DNA of 63,804 bases, the filler included, from Octopus bimaculoides (taxonomy: Eukaryota), in the NCBI RefSeq assembly GCF_001194135.2. It is 5 parts of 5 records of this genome, joined end to end, with 100 filler letters (N's around TTAATTAATTAA, not from the genome) between each part and the next. Parts side by side here need not be neighbours in the genome. Positions count along the whole stretch, not along the records: positions 1 to 15,457 come from NC_068984.1; positions 15,558 to 47,377 come from NC_068982.1; 3 more parts are not named here. One strand, given 5' to 3'. How positions within the stretch are numbered: position 1 is the first letter of the stretch; every line of letters begins with the position of its first letter. Of the stretch, positions 11,770 to 25,620 are shown piece by piece. The position numbers were made by a program, and so were the translations under genes. The notes under the pieces were generated by a model. That model saw only the letters and a list, made by a program, of their open reading frames with translations. It searched no databases and was not told where the DNA came from.

Positions 11770-12570
11770 CTTAAACGTGCCATACTGCAAACTTGAAACC
11801 AGCCAGATGTTGGAGGTCTGAGTAGTGAAAAGATAAAAGCTGGAGTAATTGATGGGCCTCAAATCGGAAAATTGATGAAAATTGGGACTTTGTAAATCCA
11901 GTAAATTGCATTGAAAGAATAAGATGAAATTCATTTGTAATAGTTGTAAATGACTTTTTGAGCAATAAGAAAACAGGCAACTATGCCGAAATAGTCAACA
12001 TGTTGGAGAGCTTTTATAAGTTGCGAGCAAATATGAGCATAAAACTGCACAGTCACCTTGATAAGTTCCCTGAAATCCTGGTGACACAAATGATGAGCAG
12101 GGAGAACCTTTCTATCAGGATATAAAATCAACGGGACAAAGGTATGAAGCAGATAGGACTTGTATATGATGTCAGACTATTGCCGGAACTTGGTTTGTGT
12201 CTTCCTGAGGTTTCAGCGTTCAAGAAAATCACCCAAAAGCAAATTCGTAGGAAATTAGTCATAAACAATGATGTGATTTGTATGTAGAAATTTTAAAACT
12301 TTTTATTAATATTTTAGTAGAATTTTAAGAAAACATTCTTGTTTTGGATAAAAGCCAATTTCTATATATATTTGTATCTTATACCTTGTTCCTCATAAGG
12401 TGTTTTATTGAAAAACAATGAAATTCTATGCATCCAATATCTGAAAACTTTAACATGATTGAAATAAATGGATGTCATTTTCGAAAAAAAAAAAAAAAAT
12501 GAAACAGAAAAAAAGCCTAGTTCAGGTCCAAATATCTTGACAACAAAGAGAAAAAAATTGTTGCTCTGTG
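11770..12570 (+). mobile_element. Degenerate DNA transposon 3' part, Chapaev3-like (CMC)
   Basis: Frameshifted translation EKIKAGVIDGPQI..NMSIKLHSHLDKFPE..DEQGEPFYQDIK..MMSDYC; terminus aaaattgttgctctgtg (CAC end on the reverse strand). Superfamily call is from recalled motifs, not a search. Confidence 0.65.
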
Positions 12571-13109
12571 TTAATCAACCAATTTACGGAATAGCTGTTA
12601 CGTAAGCCATTCTTCTCAAAGATTTAATAGTATTTCTTAGATTTTATTTGGAAGATATACACAATCAGCGTTAGTGAAAGAGTGTAGCAGAAAATAGACA
12701 TATAAGATTTCTTCACATAATTTATTACTCCGTAGCTAGTTTATAGTCTTGGGAGTTAGTTCGCAATGAGATGCTGACGAATTAAAGTCTATGGGAAGAT
12801 AACAAAATTAGTTCCTAGTGAGCGTCTTAAAAGATTCATATTGAAGTGTGTAAACTATTTAAGTGCAAACCAATTCCCAGTATTTTTTATCTTTTATTTG
12901 TTTCAGTTATCTGACTGCGGCCATGCAGGGGCACCGCCTTGAAGGGTTTTAGTCGAACAAATCGACGCCAAGACTTACTTCCTTTTTAAAGCCTAGCACT
13001 TATTCTATCAAACTGTTTGGCCGAACCGATAAGCTGCAGGGACGTAAACACGCCAGCACCGGTTGTGAAGCTGTGGTAGGGGGATAAACACAGGCACACA
13101 CACACACGT

Positions 13110-13990
13110 TTCAGTGGAGAGCGAGAGATACTCAGGCGAGCTACCCACAAGCCGAAACGAGGAGCCGATTGAAAAGATTCATGGAATAGTCATGGAAGAC
13201 CGTCGTGCAGCAACCCAAGAAATTGCTCACCAAGGGGGAATAAGTACAGGATCAGTGTATTCCGTTTTAATAGAGTGTTTGTGCATGCGGAGAATGTCGG
13301 CGAACTCTGCATAGAAATCGCTCAGGATATGTTGGACAGTGCAAGTCACAACCGAGACTTCATGAAGACCATCATCACTGGTGATGAGACATGGGTTTAT
13401 GAAAGCATCCGTCATCTCCAAGTCCTCCGAAAGCACGAGATGTTTGCAGTAATGAGAAGGTTGTATTGACTTGTTTCTTTGACTCCTGCAGTATTGTATA
13501 TCATGAATGCGCACTACTAGGCCAAACAATGAATAAGGAAAACTACTTGGAGGCTATACGTCGCCTTCATGATGTTGTGCATCGAAAGCGACCGGAGATG
13601 TGAGTGGCGAAGCCCGATGTTGCACCCATTCATTCCGACCACATAATCCAAGGTTTTTTGGTCAAGAACAACACACCACTTATTCGGCAGGCTTCCTACT
13701 CTCCCACCTTCACACCGTGTGACTTCTGGCTCTTCCCCAACCTGAAAACCACGCTGAAAAGGAAGCGATTCGCGTCACGAGAAGAAATTATGAGAAAAGC
13801 AACGGCGGAGCAACATATCATTCAAGAGAAAGCGCTACAGAGATGTTACCAGCAGTGGTAGAACCGCTGGGAGATGTGTGTGAACTCCCAATGGTAGTAT
13901 TTTTGAAGGAGATTAAATAAAGTTTGTGAAATTTACAGAATTGATGTTGTTTTAGTGCCCAAATGTCGGACACATTTTGAACGCACCTCG
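13110..13990 (+). mobile_element. mariner transposon remnant (irritans/Hsmar2-like), 5' end lost
   Basis: IITGDETWVY, SYSPTFTPCDFWLFPNLK; right end ttttgaacgcacctcg resembles the CGAGGG..TTCAAAA TIR type. Confidence 0.85.
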
Positions 13991-14182
13991 TGTATACATG
14001 TATATATATATAAAGGACTAAAGGTCAGATGTGTCCTTTATTGTTTTGGACAGTAGGGTGTAATCTGCAGAAGATTTTGCTTCTTTTACAACAGTTCTAG
14101 TGATTGCGTACATGCTTCTTCATCCGACAGGTTATGCCACATAATCTTGATCATGGTTTAACTGTTGGTACAAGGCTTGCAG

Positions 14183-14464
14183 TGGAGGCGCAATGGCCCA
14201 GTGGTTAGGGCAGCGGACTCGTGGTCATAGGATCGTGGTTTCGATTCCCAGACCGGGCGTTGTAAGTGTTTATTGAGCGAAAACGCCTAAAACTCCACGA
14301 GGCTCCGGCAGGAGATGGTGGCGAACCCTGCTGTACTCTTTCACCACAACTTTCTCTCACTCTTACTTCCTGTTTCTGTTGTGCCTGTAATTCAAAGGGT
14401 CAGCCTTGTCACACTGTGTCACGCTCAATATCCCCCAGAACTACGTTAAGGGTATACGTGTCTG
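14183..14464 (+). mobile_element. tRNA-derived SINE with well-preserved tRNA-like head
   Basis: A-box TGGCCCAGTGG, B-box GGTTTCGATTCC; 3' part (aattcaaagggtcagccttgtcac) is shared with the copies at 26.4k and 43.56k. Confidence 0.85.
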
Positions 14465-15391
14465 NNNNNNNNNNNNNNNNNNNNNNNNNNNNNNNNNNNN
14501 NNNNNNNNNNNNNNNNNNNNNNNNNNNNNNNNNNNNNNNNNNNNNNNNNNNNNNNNNNNNNNNNNNNNNNNNNNNNNNNNNNNNNNNNNNNNNNNNNNNN
14601 NNNNNNNNNNNNNNNNNNNNNNNNNNNNNNNNNNNNNNNNNNNNNNNNNNNNNNNNNNNNNNNNNNNNNNNNNNNNNNNNNNGACGAAAAGCAAAGGAAC
14701 CTTGGCGGAATTTGAACCCAGAGCAAAAAGAGCCGGAAGAAATGACGCTAAGCATTTCGTAGGACACGCTAACGGTTCTACCAGCTCACCGCCTTACATA
14801 ATCTTAGTAATGGCTACAAAAAGTAAGATGCGTCTATAATTCAAATGTGATAATCCTTTCCATCTTTTATAATAAGCAGCTAATATAAATTACATAATTT
14901 ATTGAGATAAGTATCTGATAAAATTATTTTTTATGTATTTTAATTTATTTAAATTGATCTAGAAATGATATGAAATTCTCTTTTGGGGAATGGCTGAAAC
15001 AATACTATATAATAAATAAACATATATAATCTAATAAATAAAAGCCCTCATTTGTCTGTAACTGTATTTTCCTATCATCCAGCGAAGTTCATGAGCGTTT
15101 ACGAAATTTTACTATTTTACTTCCATCATAAAATGAAGAAAAAATAAAACTACTAGAACAATGTTGACACAATACATCGAAACTTTCAGCAATACTAGTT
15201 TCTCATTGAAGCAATTATTGTAACATTTGGAGAGAAGTGTCATGTCTTCCTGTTGTTTAGGTTATTGGTCATGTTGTTGTTATTGTAGTTGTATTTTGGG
15301 GGTGTATTTTTGATTTTGTTTTTGCTATTGTTGGGAAATTATATTCTCCGGTGAGAGAAAGAGAGAGAAAGAAAGATAGGGAGAGAGACAT

Positions 15392-15457
<66 letters not shown>

Positions 15458-15557
15458 NNNNNNNNNNNNNNNNNNNNNNNNNNNNNNNNNNNNNNNNNNN
15501 NTTAATTAATTAANNNNNNNNNNNNNNNNNNNNNNNNNNNNNNNNNNNNNNNNNNNN

Positions 15558-15992
15558 AACAAAGGCCTTTGATACTGTAAATAGGGCCTTTCTATGGAAA
15601 ATACTTGGCAAACTTGGATGTCCGGATCACTTTGTATCTATAATTAAATCATTTCCTGATGGGATGGAAGCTTGGGTCAATGTTGGTGGTGGCATGGCGG
15701 GACCCATTCCTGTAGAGAATGGTGTCAAGCAGGGTGACATCCTTGCCCCAACTCTCTTTTCTTTGTACTTTGTCGCTGCTTTTACTCATGCTTTTGCTAA
15801 GGTTAGCTCTCTGGGAATATATGTCAGATATCGATCTTCTGGCCGCCTCTTTAATCTTCGCCGATTTGCTGCCAATTCAAAGGTTCTCCAGTCTGTTATT
15901 CGTGACCTCCTTTATGCAGATAACTGACTTAGTCACTCATACAGTGGATGACATGCAAATACTCATGAATTGCATTTCTGCTTCTTGCAAGG
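15558..15992 (+). mobile_element. RTE (BovB-like) LINE reverse transcriptase fragment
   Basis: KAFDTVNR..LWKILGKLGCP..GVKQGDILAPTLFSLY..GRLFNLRRF..RDLLYADN. Confidence 0.92.
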
Positions 15993-16051
15993 CATATATA
16001 CACATACATATATACATAGATATAAATATATATATATAAACCCATATATAT

Positions 16052-16089
<38 letters not shown>

Positions 16090-16467
16090 NNNNNNNNNNN
16101 NNNNNNNNNNNNNNNNNNNNNNNNNNNNNNNNNNNNNNNNNNNNNNNNNNNNNNNNNNNNNNNNNNNNNNNNNNNNNNNNNNNNNNNNNTTATGTGTGTC
16201 TCACCTTGCTAACTATCAGCCATTTTGTATTTTGTAATAGAGTGCCAGATTTTTTTACATTGCTTTATGTTCTAAGTTAATGTCCAACAGCAGCAAAGCA
16301 GAGTATATCCACAGAGCTTTTTGGTGCATTCAAAAATTATCCCCACCTGCTTTTCCATGACATGTCACTTAGCTGAATTAGCCCATCATTTACTCCACAA
16401 ATGTTTTGTTGTCAATGCTGCACTTCACCGGATCATGTTTCAACTTTACCGTACTATATATATATAT

Positions 16468-16852
16468 AGGAGTGGCTGTGTGGTAAGTAGCTTGCTTACC
16501 AACCACATGGTTCCGGGTTCAGTCCCACTGCGTGGCACATTGGGCAAGTGTCTTCTACTATAGCCTCGGGCCGACCAAAGCCTTGTGAGTGGATTTGGTA
16601 GACGGAAACTGAAAGAAGCCCATCGTATATATGTATATATATGTATGTGTGCATATGTTTGTGCCCTCAACATCGTTTGACAACAGATGCTGGTGTGTTT
16701 ACATCTCCGTAACTTAGCGGTTCAGCAAAAGAGAGCGATAGAATAAGTACTAGGCTTCCAAAGAATAAGTCCTGGGGTCGATTTGATCGACAAAAGGCTG
16801 TGCTCCAGCATGGCCACAGTCAAATGACTGAAACAAGTAAAAGAGTAAAGAG
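16468..16852 (+). mobile_element. SINE family A, full length
   Basis: Matches 3372-3783; most CpGs retained. Confidence 0.9.
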
Positions 16853-16957
16853 TATATACAGACTATGCCATTTCAATCCCGAGCAAGGCCAGATATCTCT
16901 GCTAGTATTTACATTTATATAAATGTATATATGAGTGTGTGTGTATTTATATGTATA

Positions 16958-16992
<35 letters not shown>

Positions 16993-17755
16993 CATAGAAT
17001 GATGGTAATGTACTGAGAAGTTGAGCTATTCTTTCATTCAGTTGAAATTATTTTCATTGTACAAGCATCACTGATGCTCTTGAAAACAGTATGAATATCA
17101 GAACTACCATTTACCTCTCCCTTAAACATTTTAGGCTTCATGTCTACATTTTCTAAAGATATTGGGAAAATACAATGCACCTTATCTTTTTCCTAGAATG
17201 TTATTACAGACAACAAACACTATCAAAGAAAAACCAGAAATATCTTTGTTTACCACTTCAAAAACCTCAAGTATATCAAAATTAAAAACAAAAAGATGGA
17301 GCATAAAAGCAACTTAACAAATGAAATGTATTCAGTTAGATACAAAAATATATAACCCTTCATTTTCAAGATTACAACATTGTTTGGATATAGCATTTAA
17401 ATCAGTGTAACATGAAAGATTATAAACATTAAATGAAATAATTATATTGTAAAATATCAACAATTTTATTAAAGAAACCTTGTATCTATACAGAATAACA
17501 GATAAATCAAAAATACAAATCCTAAATTTTTCAACATTTTATTAGTAACATGGCTACTAACAGATCTTCCTTCATAGAAGACCTCAACTCTGATTGGATT
17601 ATTTTCAGTTCAGAAAACAGCCACATTAATTCTATGTGGAATTAAAAATTTAGTGTATTATATAAAAATGTTCACTTAATAGAGTCGGTACAATTTTACT
17701 GACTTCAATAATTGCTTCCAACTGACACAACAGTCTGGTCAACAGATTTTTCATG

Positions 17756-17830
17756 TCAAACTATCAAATCCTTTGTCATGTCAAGTGTAATGAACTTGCT
17801 TTCATCAGATTTTTCAAAAGTGAGAGACCA
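17756..17830 (-). CDS. Candidate terminal coding exon of minus-strand gene (WSLTFEKSDESKFITLDMTKDLIV*)
   Basis: Acceptor ttctcttatgttactccctag, phase 0; AATAAA on the minus strand at ~17465 and ~17538. Confidence 0.4.
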   Translation of the reverse strand, partial: WSLTFEKSDESKFITLDMTKDLIV

Positions 17831-19273
17831 CTAGGGAGTAACATAAGAGAATAAGTCCTCAGTAGATTTGATTTTATGGAAGTCATACTGTTTTTAATAG
17901 GAAATGGTGAGCTGGCAGAAACATTAGCACACTAGGTGAAATGCTTAGCGGTATTTCGTCTGTTTTTAAGTACTAGGTGTGTACTGGGGTCGATCTCATC
18001 ATCTGGTCCCCCCAAAAAAAATTTCAGGCCTTGTGCTTAGAGTAGAAAAGAATAAAAAGTGGGGCAGAAACTTAGAGTGTTTTGAGAAGACAGTTGTTGA
18101 CAGAGATGTTGTCCTTCTTTGGAATGAGACCCACTGTCTCAGTTTCTTTCAATATGTTAACCACTAAATCTTTTCTTTACACTAGTTTGTATTAAATTTT
18201 GTTTGATGTTTAATGGTGCAAAATATGGCACAGATGTGGCCGTGTGATTTCAGGTTGAGTCCCACTGCATGGCATCTTTGGCAAGTGTCTTTTATAATAG
18301 CCTCAGGCCAACCATAGCTTTTTGAGTAGAATTGGTACATGGAAACTGAAAGATACCAGTCATGTGTGTGTCCATCTTTGTCTTGACATCAGGTGAAGGT
18401 TGTAAACAAGTGTTGCTCATTTACAATCTTCTGTGAGAAACATGTCTGGCCATAGGAAAATATTACTTAGTTTGGAAACAGGTGAAGATGGGCAACAAGA
18501 AGGAGATCCAGCCATAGAAAATTTGCCTCATTGGATTCCATCAGATCCTTGCAACCATGAAAAAAATCAAAGTTGACAATGATGCTTATACCCCAAGTTA
18601 TCAATGCAACAAGAGTTTCTGCTTCAAGGTAAAAGACTGCAAATTAGCTTCTCGAAAACTTTAAATTCACGGAAAACATTCAAGGTTCAGTGAAATGAGT
18701 GCCTTTATTTTTTGTTTTTCTTTTTGAATTTTAGTGAATTAACAGAAAAATCTCTATATATGGGCTGAAAGAAATCTGCTGTAACAATCTCATTCCAAAT
18801 AACAAAGGATTGTTCAATGGATGGGTGCACTGAGAAACCTACAGGCATTGCCTGTTTTTTTTTCTTAGACAATGCAATTAAAAGAGAATGCAGTTTTAAA
18901 ATTCATTCAAACCAAAATGGTGCAACCTCACATCTTCATTGTTTAAATCAATTTTTCTATGCTTGCATGGATCGGATGTAGTTTTATTGAGGCAGATTTC
19001 TTATAGCTAGATACCCTTCATGTTGGCAACCCTTACCTGTTTCTAAGCAAAGTAATGTTTCCTCATGGAAAGATGTTTGTGCAGAATATTGGAAAGGAAC
19101 GACACTGCTTAGATGACAGTGACACAACTACCATGCAATGTCAAGATGTGTGTATGTGTGTCTATGCTCTAAGAAGGTAACAGGATGAAGCTTCAAAGTC
19201 ATTATCACCCCTCTTGTAAAAATTAAATACACAGCTAAGAAGTGTTGGACAATTCTTCAGTTTAACATTAAGT

Positions 19274-19307
<34 letters not shown>

Positions 19308-19984
19308 NNNNNNNNNNCACACACACGCACACATATATATATATATCATCATCATTGTAGTTTAACATCTGATTTCTTCCATTATCACTATATACAAAAA
19401 CTTAACAAGCTGACCTATCCTGGAGGTGTTCTCTTCATTATGACTACATGACTTGCTCCTGAGCTAGTTCTTATCTTCGCAAAAATCTACACGTTTCTCC
19501 TTTGCACAGATCCATCCTAATTTATGAACACAGTACAGTATCCAAATTCAGACTGCTAAAAAAGAAATTAAAATTAAATCTTTCTCTGATCTATCACTTC
19601 CAACATTTCAATTTTCTACATGGTTGCTCATCTTGCTAGAAATAGATAGCAGCCAAATTTCCTCAAATTACACCTTACCAATTTTTTTTAATGGTACATT
19701 GTATAATGCAATCTTACATGCTGTGTGTCTGGGGGGGGGGTGGAAAGAAACACAAGCAGGCACTATTGGAATGCTTTTAAATATAGATTTGCTTGATCAA
19801 AGCTGACCTCAAGCTTATAAATAATTTTAACATTTCTCTCAAAGAAAATGAAAACAGTTGTAAATAATCACAGCCTTCATAACCTTGATTCTTTCCCTCC
19901 ACATTTTTGATTCAAGAATCCATAAAGAGATCTGTCTTAAAGTACACATCAGTAGTCTCTTGACTTTGATAGTTTTGGTTAAAC

Positions 19985-20300
19985 CAAAACTGTTACCCTA
20001 CACTTCAGCAAAGCCCTTGACTATATCTGTCACTCAAACCTTGACCTGCTAGTAAAGTTACCAGCCAATAACCTCTATCTGTCTCCTATGCAATATTTCC
20101 CATCAGTCCATTTCATTGTAGCACAAAATGGAATGGGCTATGCTCTGTGGTTTCCAACACTCTTCTTACAGAGTTAATGGCCTTTGTACTATAACTTCTA
20201 ACAACACATACTTCTATATAGATAATACCGCCATTTGCGCATGTATACAGGAGGTACCCCACATCAGGCATTCATTGCTGACATGACAACCTTAATATAT
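19985..20300 (+). mobile_element. Old LINE RT remnant (CR1/L2/Jockey group)
   Basis: Degenerate FSKALD..H and PTLFL..NGL..TSN..FYIDN resemble SKAFD and YADD motifs. Confidence 0.5.
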
Positions 20301-21274
20301 TTCAATGACACAAAAACACAAACAGCACACATACCAAAGAAACAGTTTATAACCTGTATATACATAAAAACATACAGTTAAATACTTTAAGTGCTAAGCC
20401 TTTGATCTTAAATAACATTGCCAAAACTGCTTCTCAAAAACTTAGTTTTAACTTCAGAATAATACACTAATTCACTCAACACAAGGGCTTAGAGTACTGC
20501 TCATATAAGCATTGCAATTCTGCAATGACACACAAATATTTTCCCACCCTCAGAAGGCCAACTAGCTGTTATCAGAAATCTACTGATGACCCTAATATAA
20601 CTACTAGCACAGATTTACTGTTTCCTCAGTCTATTTTTATATTTGATCCAGTGAACTAGCAGATTCATACATTCTACCCACTCATCCTCCTCAAACCCTG
20701 CACTAATCCCTGTACTGTAGTCCCATTCAGTTGACGGTCTTAGTCTTACAAGCTATATGGTGACCTCATCCAGTACAGCAGCTGTCATTAGGAAAGGTAT
20801 CCAAATACTCGGATCCTCTCAAAATGTCCAACTCATGCTGGCATGGTGATTACTAACAAGAAAATTTTCTTTCTCTCTACAAGCATCAACCTACAGAAAT
20901 TTAATACACACACAGAAAGCAAAGTCATAGGTGAGTGATGTGTAGCCATTCTATAAAATTACTGTCTGTAATAGTTTAAAACTAAATCATATAATCATTA
21001 TACCAATTATAGTGCAGGCATTGCAATAAAAAAAAGGGAGAAAAGATATGTTTAGATTTATTACTAGCTTAAGAGCTGTAAAAAGATTTAATTCATTCTA
21101 ACATGTAGTTCAGTCTGAAAATGTTAAATTGGTGTCAAATAAACAAGAAAGAAAAAAAACCAGCATTTCACACCACACAGATGGAATTTTGGTCAATAAA
21201 TGTCAAATGATGATTAAACTCCAGTTGTCTTTTGACATCAGGTTCACATTGTAATTATATCTCAGTACCAATAC

Positions 21275-21300
21275 CTCAAAACTTTCTGAATGAAAATCAC
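21275..21300 (-). CDS. Candidate 26-nt exon (S-DFHSESFE)
   Basis: ttattccag acceptor, GAG|GTATTG donor; phase 1 to 0 links neighbouring exons. May instead read through to a stop near 21200. Confidence 0.35.
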
Positions 21301-21397
21301 CTGGAATAATTACATAAGTATGAGATAGCAAAAACTTCTACAAAGCTCATACTGCAGTTTCCAAAATTAAACATCACAAGCATCATGATATACTCAC

Positions 21398-21454
21398 TAT
21401 TGACTACTATACTTGTTTTTGTTCCCATATGTTCTATGTCTAGCAGGTATGAGA
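21398..21454 (-). CDS. Candidate 57-nt exon (SYLLDIEHMGTKTSIVVN)
   Basis: ctatttttattttag acceptor and consensus GTGAGT donor in unique sequence. Confidence 0.55.
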
Positions 21455-22614
21455 CTAAAATAAAAATAGCCAAACAACTAGAATAAAAAAGACACTAAGA
21501 ATAATGAGTAAATTTCATTCAAGTCCTCTAGTAGAACTTATTTGGATCTACCATTCTCTGAAGTGAATGTACTAAAATTCTTCAACTTAATTACATTGCA
21601 AAATGTACTATTTATGTACAAACTCCTTAAACTTTCTTTTCATCTTAAGAAACATCTGTACCTAGTAAATATGTAAGTACCTATGAGACTAGAAATACTT
21701 TCAAAGATTTATTTATTCCTTATGATACATAAACAGTTTAAACTGCACGACCGTGTTAAGTATACAGCATTACTGCTGTATACTGAAAACTGAAGTTTAA
21801 ATGAACTAGTAACTGTAAAACCAAAGTTTGAAATGAAAGATTGTTATAAACTTACACAATTTTCCTTTTAATGTTTTAGCATGAGAGAAATGTTTTTTGT
21901 GGAAGTAGCTGTTTATCAAAGACAAGATGTTTTTCCTATCTCTAACTCTTCAACTATAAAGTTGGAGTGAACTCTGCTGCTATTTAGGCAGACTATGAAA
22001 TATGTATAAAGTGCATCCCACAGCTGCATGACATACTAATTAAGTAATGCTTGAAATCAGATCATGTGACAAGTACTCTAGCACTAACTACACAGACATA
22101 GTATCTCATACTGCCAATACTATTACCCACTGACACTACCTGTTGTTCTATCCCCACTCCTACACATCTCATACCTTCAGGATTCACCCTAACACCTCAT
22201 TACCTCTATTTTATCTCTCTCTCACATCAATTATTCCCAATCCCTTCTATAATATGAGCAGCCATGTAGCTCCTCTACAAGAAACCTATTCTGTTCAGGA
22301 CCCCTCCTGCATACTTTAACATCCTGTCTCCTAACATAAAGTTGCTTTCCTCTTCACTGTGGCACCATTCAGTTGAAGGTGATCATCGTCTTCCAAGCTC
22401 CATGATCACCTCACAAGTGCTGGTGCCACAAGAAAAGCACCCAGTACACTATGTAGAGTGGTTGACATTAGGAAGGGCATCCTATTATAGAAACCATTCC
22501 AAAGCAGACATTGGGGTACAATGTAGCCATTGGATATATTGGATCCTACGAAACCATCCAATCCATACCAACATAGACATCAAAAGATGATAATGATGAG
22601 TAGGACAATTTTCT

Positions 22615-22965
22615 TTTTTTTTTTTTTTACTTGTTTCAATCATTTGACTGCAGCCCAGGACTTATTCTTTGTAAGCCTAGTACTTATTTCATTGGTCTCT
22701 TTTGCCAAACCACTAAGTGATGGAGACGTAAACACACCAGCATTGGTTGTCAAGCGATGGTGGGAGGACAAACATAGACACAGATATATGTATGTCTATA
22801 TATATAACAGGCTTCTTTCAGTTTCCATCTACCAAATCCACTCACAAGGCTTTGGTCGGCCTGAGGCTATAGTAGAAGACACTTGCCTAAGGTGCCATGC
22901 AGTGGGACTTGAACCTGGAACCATGTGGTTGGTAAGCAAACTACTTACCACACAACCACCCCTGT
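22615..22965 (-). mobile_element. SINE family A with CpG decay
   Basis: Matches family A with many CpG to TpG/CpA changes. Confidence 0.88.
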
Positions 22966-23277
22966 GCCAATGTTTGTAGAAGACTAATATAACAGACTGA
23001 ATCATCATATAACAGGCACTTATTTTATCAACATTACAGTGATGAAAGTCAAGACTTTAAACTCAAGAAGACAAAGCTAAATACTATGAATCATTTAGTC
23101 TAGTTCTATTACTTCAGCTATGTCTACCATCTTTCAGATATCATAGTAATTAATGACTGTCATATGTTCAATTACATAATTCAATTTTGTTTACAGATAA
23201 ACAACAAATCTATTTCGTTTTTGTATTTGGTTTGCAAGATTTTTTATGTGAATTCATGTATTGAAGCATATTTTATT

Positions 23278-23447
23278 GTCTGAGGAGAGTCATTCTCTTT
23301 TAGTGTCTTATTATTTAAACACACGACTATTGAAAGGGTTGCAAGACACAATGAAAATTTTAGAAAAAATACATAACTAAATGAGTGGAATTCGAACCGG
23401 TGAGTGTTAAATAATAAGGCACTAAAAGAAAATAACTCTCCACAGAC
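23278..23447. repeat. Foldback element, ~47-bp inverted arms
   Basis: gtctgaggagagtcattctcttttagtgtcttattattta is near reverse-complementary to 23400-23447. Confidence 0.8.
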
Positions 23448-24313
23448 ACAACAAATCCATGTACTGTTAAAAACATATGTATTGTTTCATGAATTGCTAT
23501 CAATTTAACACCCACTTTTCCATGCTCGCATGGATCAAAGTTTACAGAGGTAGATTTTCTACAGCTGGATGCTCTTCATGTTGCCAACCCTTACCTATTT
23601 CCAAGTAAGATAGTATTTCCCATGGCTAGACAGGATACTGGGAATGATTTACAGTCATTTATAGCAATCACATGATATCAAGACAGAGTCACACACACAC
23701 ACACACACACAATAAGCTTCTTTCAATTTTCTTCTACTAAATCCACTGACAAGGCTTATGTCAACCTGAGAATATTGAAGACACTTGTTCAAAGTGCAAT
23801 GAGGCAAGACTGAACCATGCTAGTAGTCACTATCCACTTCAAAAAGTCTATGCTTAACACCTAACAAAGCAGAAATAAATATTTTTTCTGAAAGGATGTT
23901 CATATTAAACATATAATTTAAGATGCTGAATAACTTGGTAATTGCTATGCTTAAGACAATACAATCATTCAAAATTTCTTTCCAACAAAGAAACTCTTAT
24001 CCATACTAACAAAATGTCATTAGAATTTGTTTTGAAGTTTAACTTTATATGAGGTTTTGGTGACATTAATTATTTTTACAAGGAGTTCATCATCTTTATA
24101 AGCCCCTGATATTTAAAATATACCAGTAGAAAGAGCCAAAACAATTAGGTAATGGACTAGATTTGGTTTCCCACTTTCAAGCTCTTAGTTACTTTTCATT
24201 AGATAACTTGCAAAGAAAAAGCTATATACAATAGCCAGGGTTGCCTTCGTCTCACATGTGTCTGACACTTTTTAGGCGTCAGACCATATAAACAGGTGAT
24301 GTTATAATGTCAC

Positions 24314-24347
24314 CTTTATTACAGCCATTTAGCATTTGTTCCCATCT
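24314..24347 (-). CDS. Candidate 34-nt exon (RWEQMLNGCNK)
   Basis: Strong acceptor ttttcttgttattttcag; weaker donor AAG|GTGACA; phase fits the next exon. Confidence 0.35.
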
Positions 24348-25199
24348 CTGAAAATAACAAGAAAAAAAATCTCTATCCTGTTTGCGGTTGTTTATTTTAT
24401 CTTATTTGGTACTGCTGTTGGAAAAATTCAAATTAAGTGAAGAATTATGAATGCGGGTACCATTTATGGTTCATTTGACTATTTTTATTAAAGACTTTAA
24501 ATCAATATATTAAAGAACACAAAAATAACCTCCTTCTGCAATGTGTAATACTAATAAAATATGTTGTCATGTTGGTAAAACATGGATAGAATTATTTTTT
24601 ACATTAAAAACAAATGGAAAGTGTGTGTGTGTGTGTGTGTGTGCATGCACTACCTTTGTAAAAATTCAGTTGCACCTTATATGGCATAATTAGCACTAAC
24701 CAACATAGATTTTGTATTCTCATAATTTTCTCAAAAATGAATATTTATTAATGAAATGCTGCAGAAATATGTCTTTGTGGTGTAGATTATGATAATAATG
24801 ATAAAATTTAGAAAATTTTTTTAAGCAGAGTTTCAGTTCATTCTCTCTCCTATCCCCACCGCTGTTAGTACCAATTTCTGTAACTTTACCCTTTTTTTTT
24901 CAGATTTATACAGGTAGAAAAATCTCCCATAAGTTTTTCTGCTGCACCTTGCCTCTAGTGAAATTAGCTAGTAATAGTGTTTCATGTAGCTGATGTTTAA
25001 CTGCGTTTTTTTTTTCCTTTCCCTACTAACCATTGTGGTTTGAAACACACTATGCCTTTGTTGTTGAAACATCTATCAAGAATGGTAGTGAAACTAGGAG
25101 ATTTTTGCTTTTGCTGCATCTTCTATGTTTGAAATCTCAACATTATGTAATCCACACTCTTGTTAATGTACTTCTGCAAAATGTCATTTCAAAGAGAGG

Positions 25200-25620
25200 T
25201 GTGAGGTGGTATCAGAAAGTTCTTGAACTAGTTATGTCTAATAAAAAATAACTTATTTACTTAAGTTTTAACATCATCCCCCATCAAAATAATCACCTTG
25301 CGCAGCAATACACCAGTTCCAGCATTCCTGCCACTTTTGGAATCCGGCCTGGAAGTCATTTTCTATAAATGAGTCAAGGACCTTCTATAGAAATACTTAT
25401 AGAAAATGATACAATGAAGATGCATTCCCATGATGAAAATACATCTGCAAAAGTTTGATTAAAAGGTATGCATTTTTCAGAAAGTTATGAGGGAACAAAG
25501 TTGGTGGGGCACCAAAATGTAATTGTGTCAAAAGTACAATCTTGAATGTCACAAGTAACCAAGCATAGAAGGAATATGAAAATCGAAAGGGACTATTCAG
25601 CATTTAGGTAAGATCACATT
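25200..25620 (-). mobile_element. mariner 3' remnant
   Basis: Minus strand reads KWQECWNWCIAAQGDYFDG; TIR-like gaggtggtatcagaaagttc at the left edge. Confidence 0.7.

Noticed and set aside
14185-14258. tRNA-like sequence
   Set aside because: Continues directly into a SINE body shared with other copies; not a tRNA gene.
15502-15513. TTAATTAATTAA centred in a 100-nt gap (also 47422, 59965, 62373)
   Set aside because: Identical 12-mer with 44 N on each side and stops in all six frames: an artificial scaffolding spacer.
24904-24913. Plus-strand 10-nt micro-exon after a strong pyrimidine tract
   Set aside because: Weak donor, antisense to the better-supported minus-strand exons, and no partner exons.
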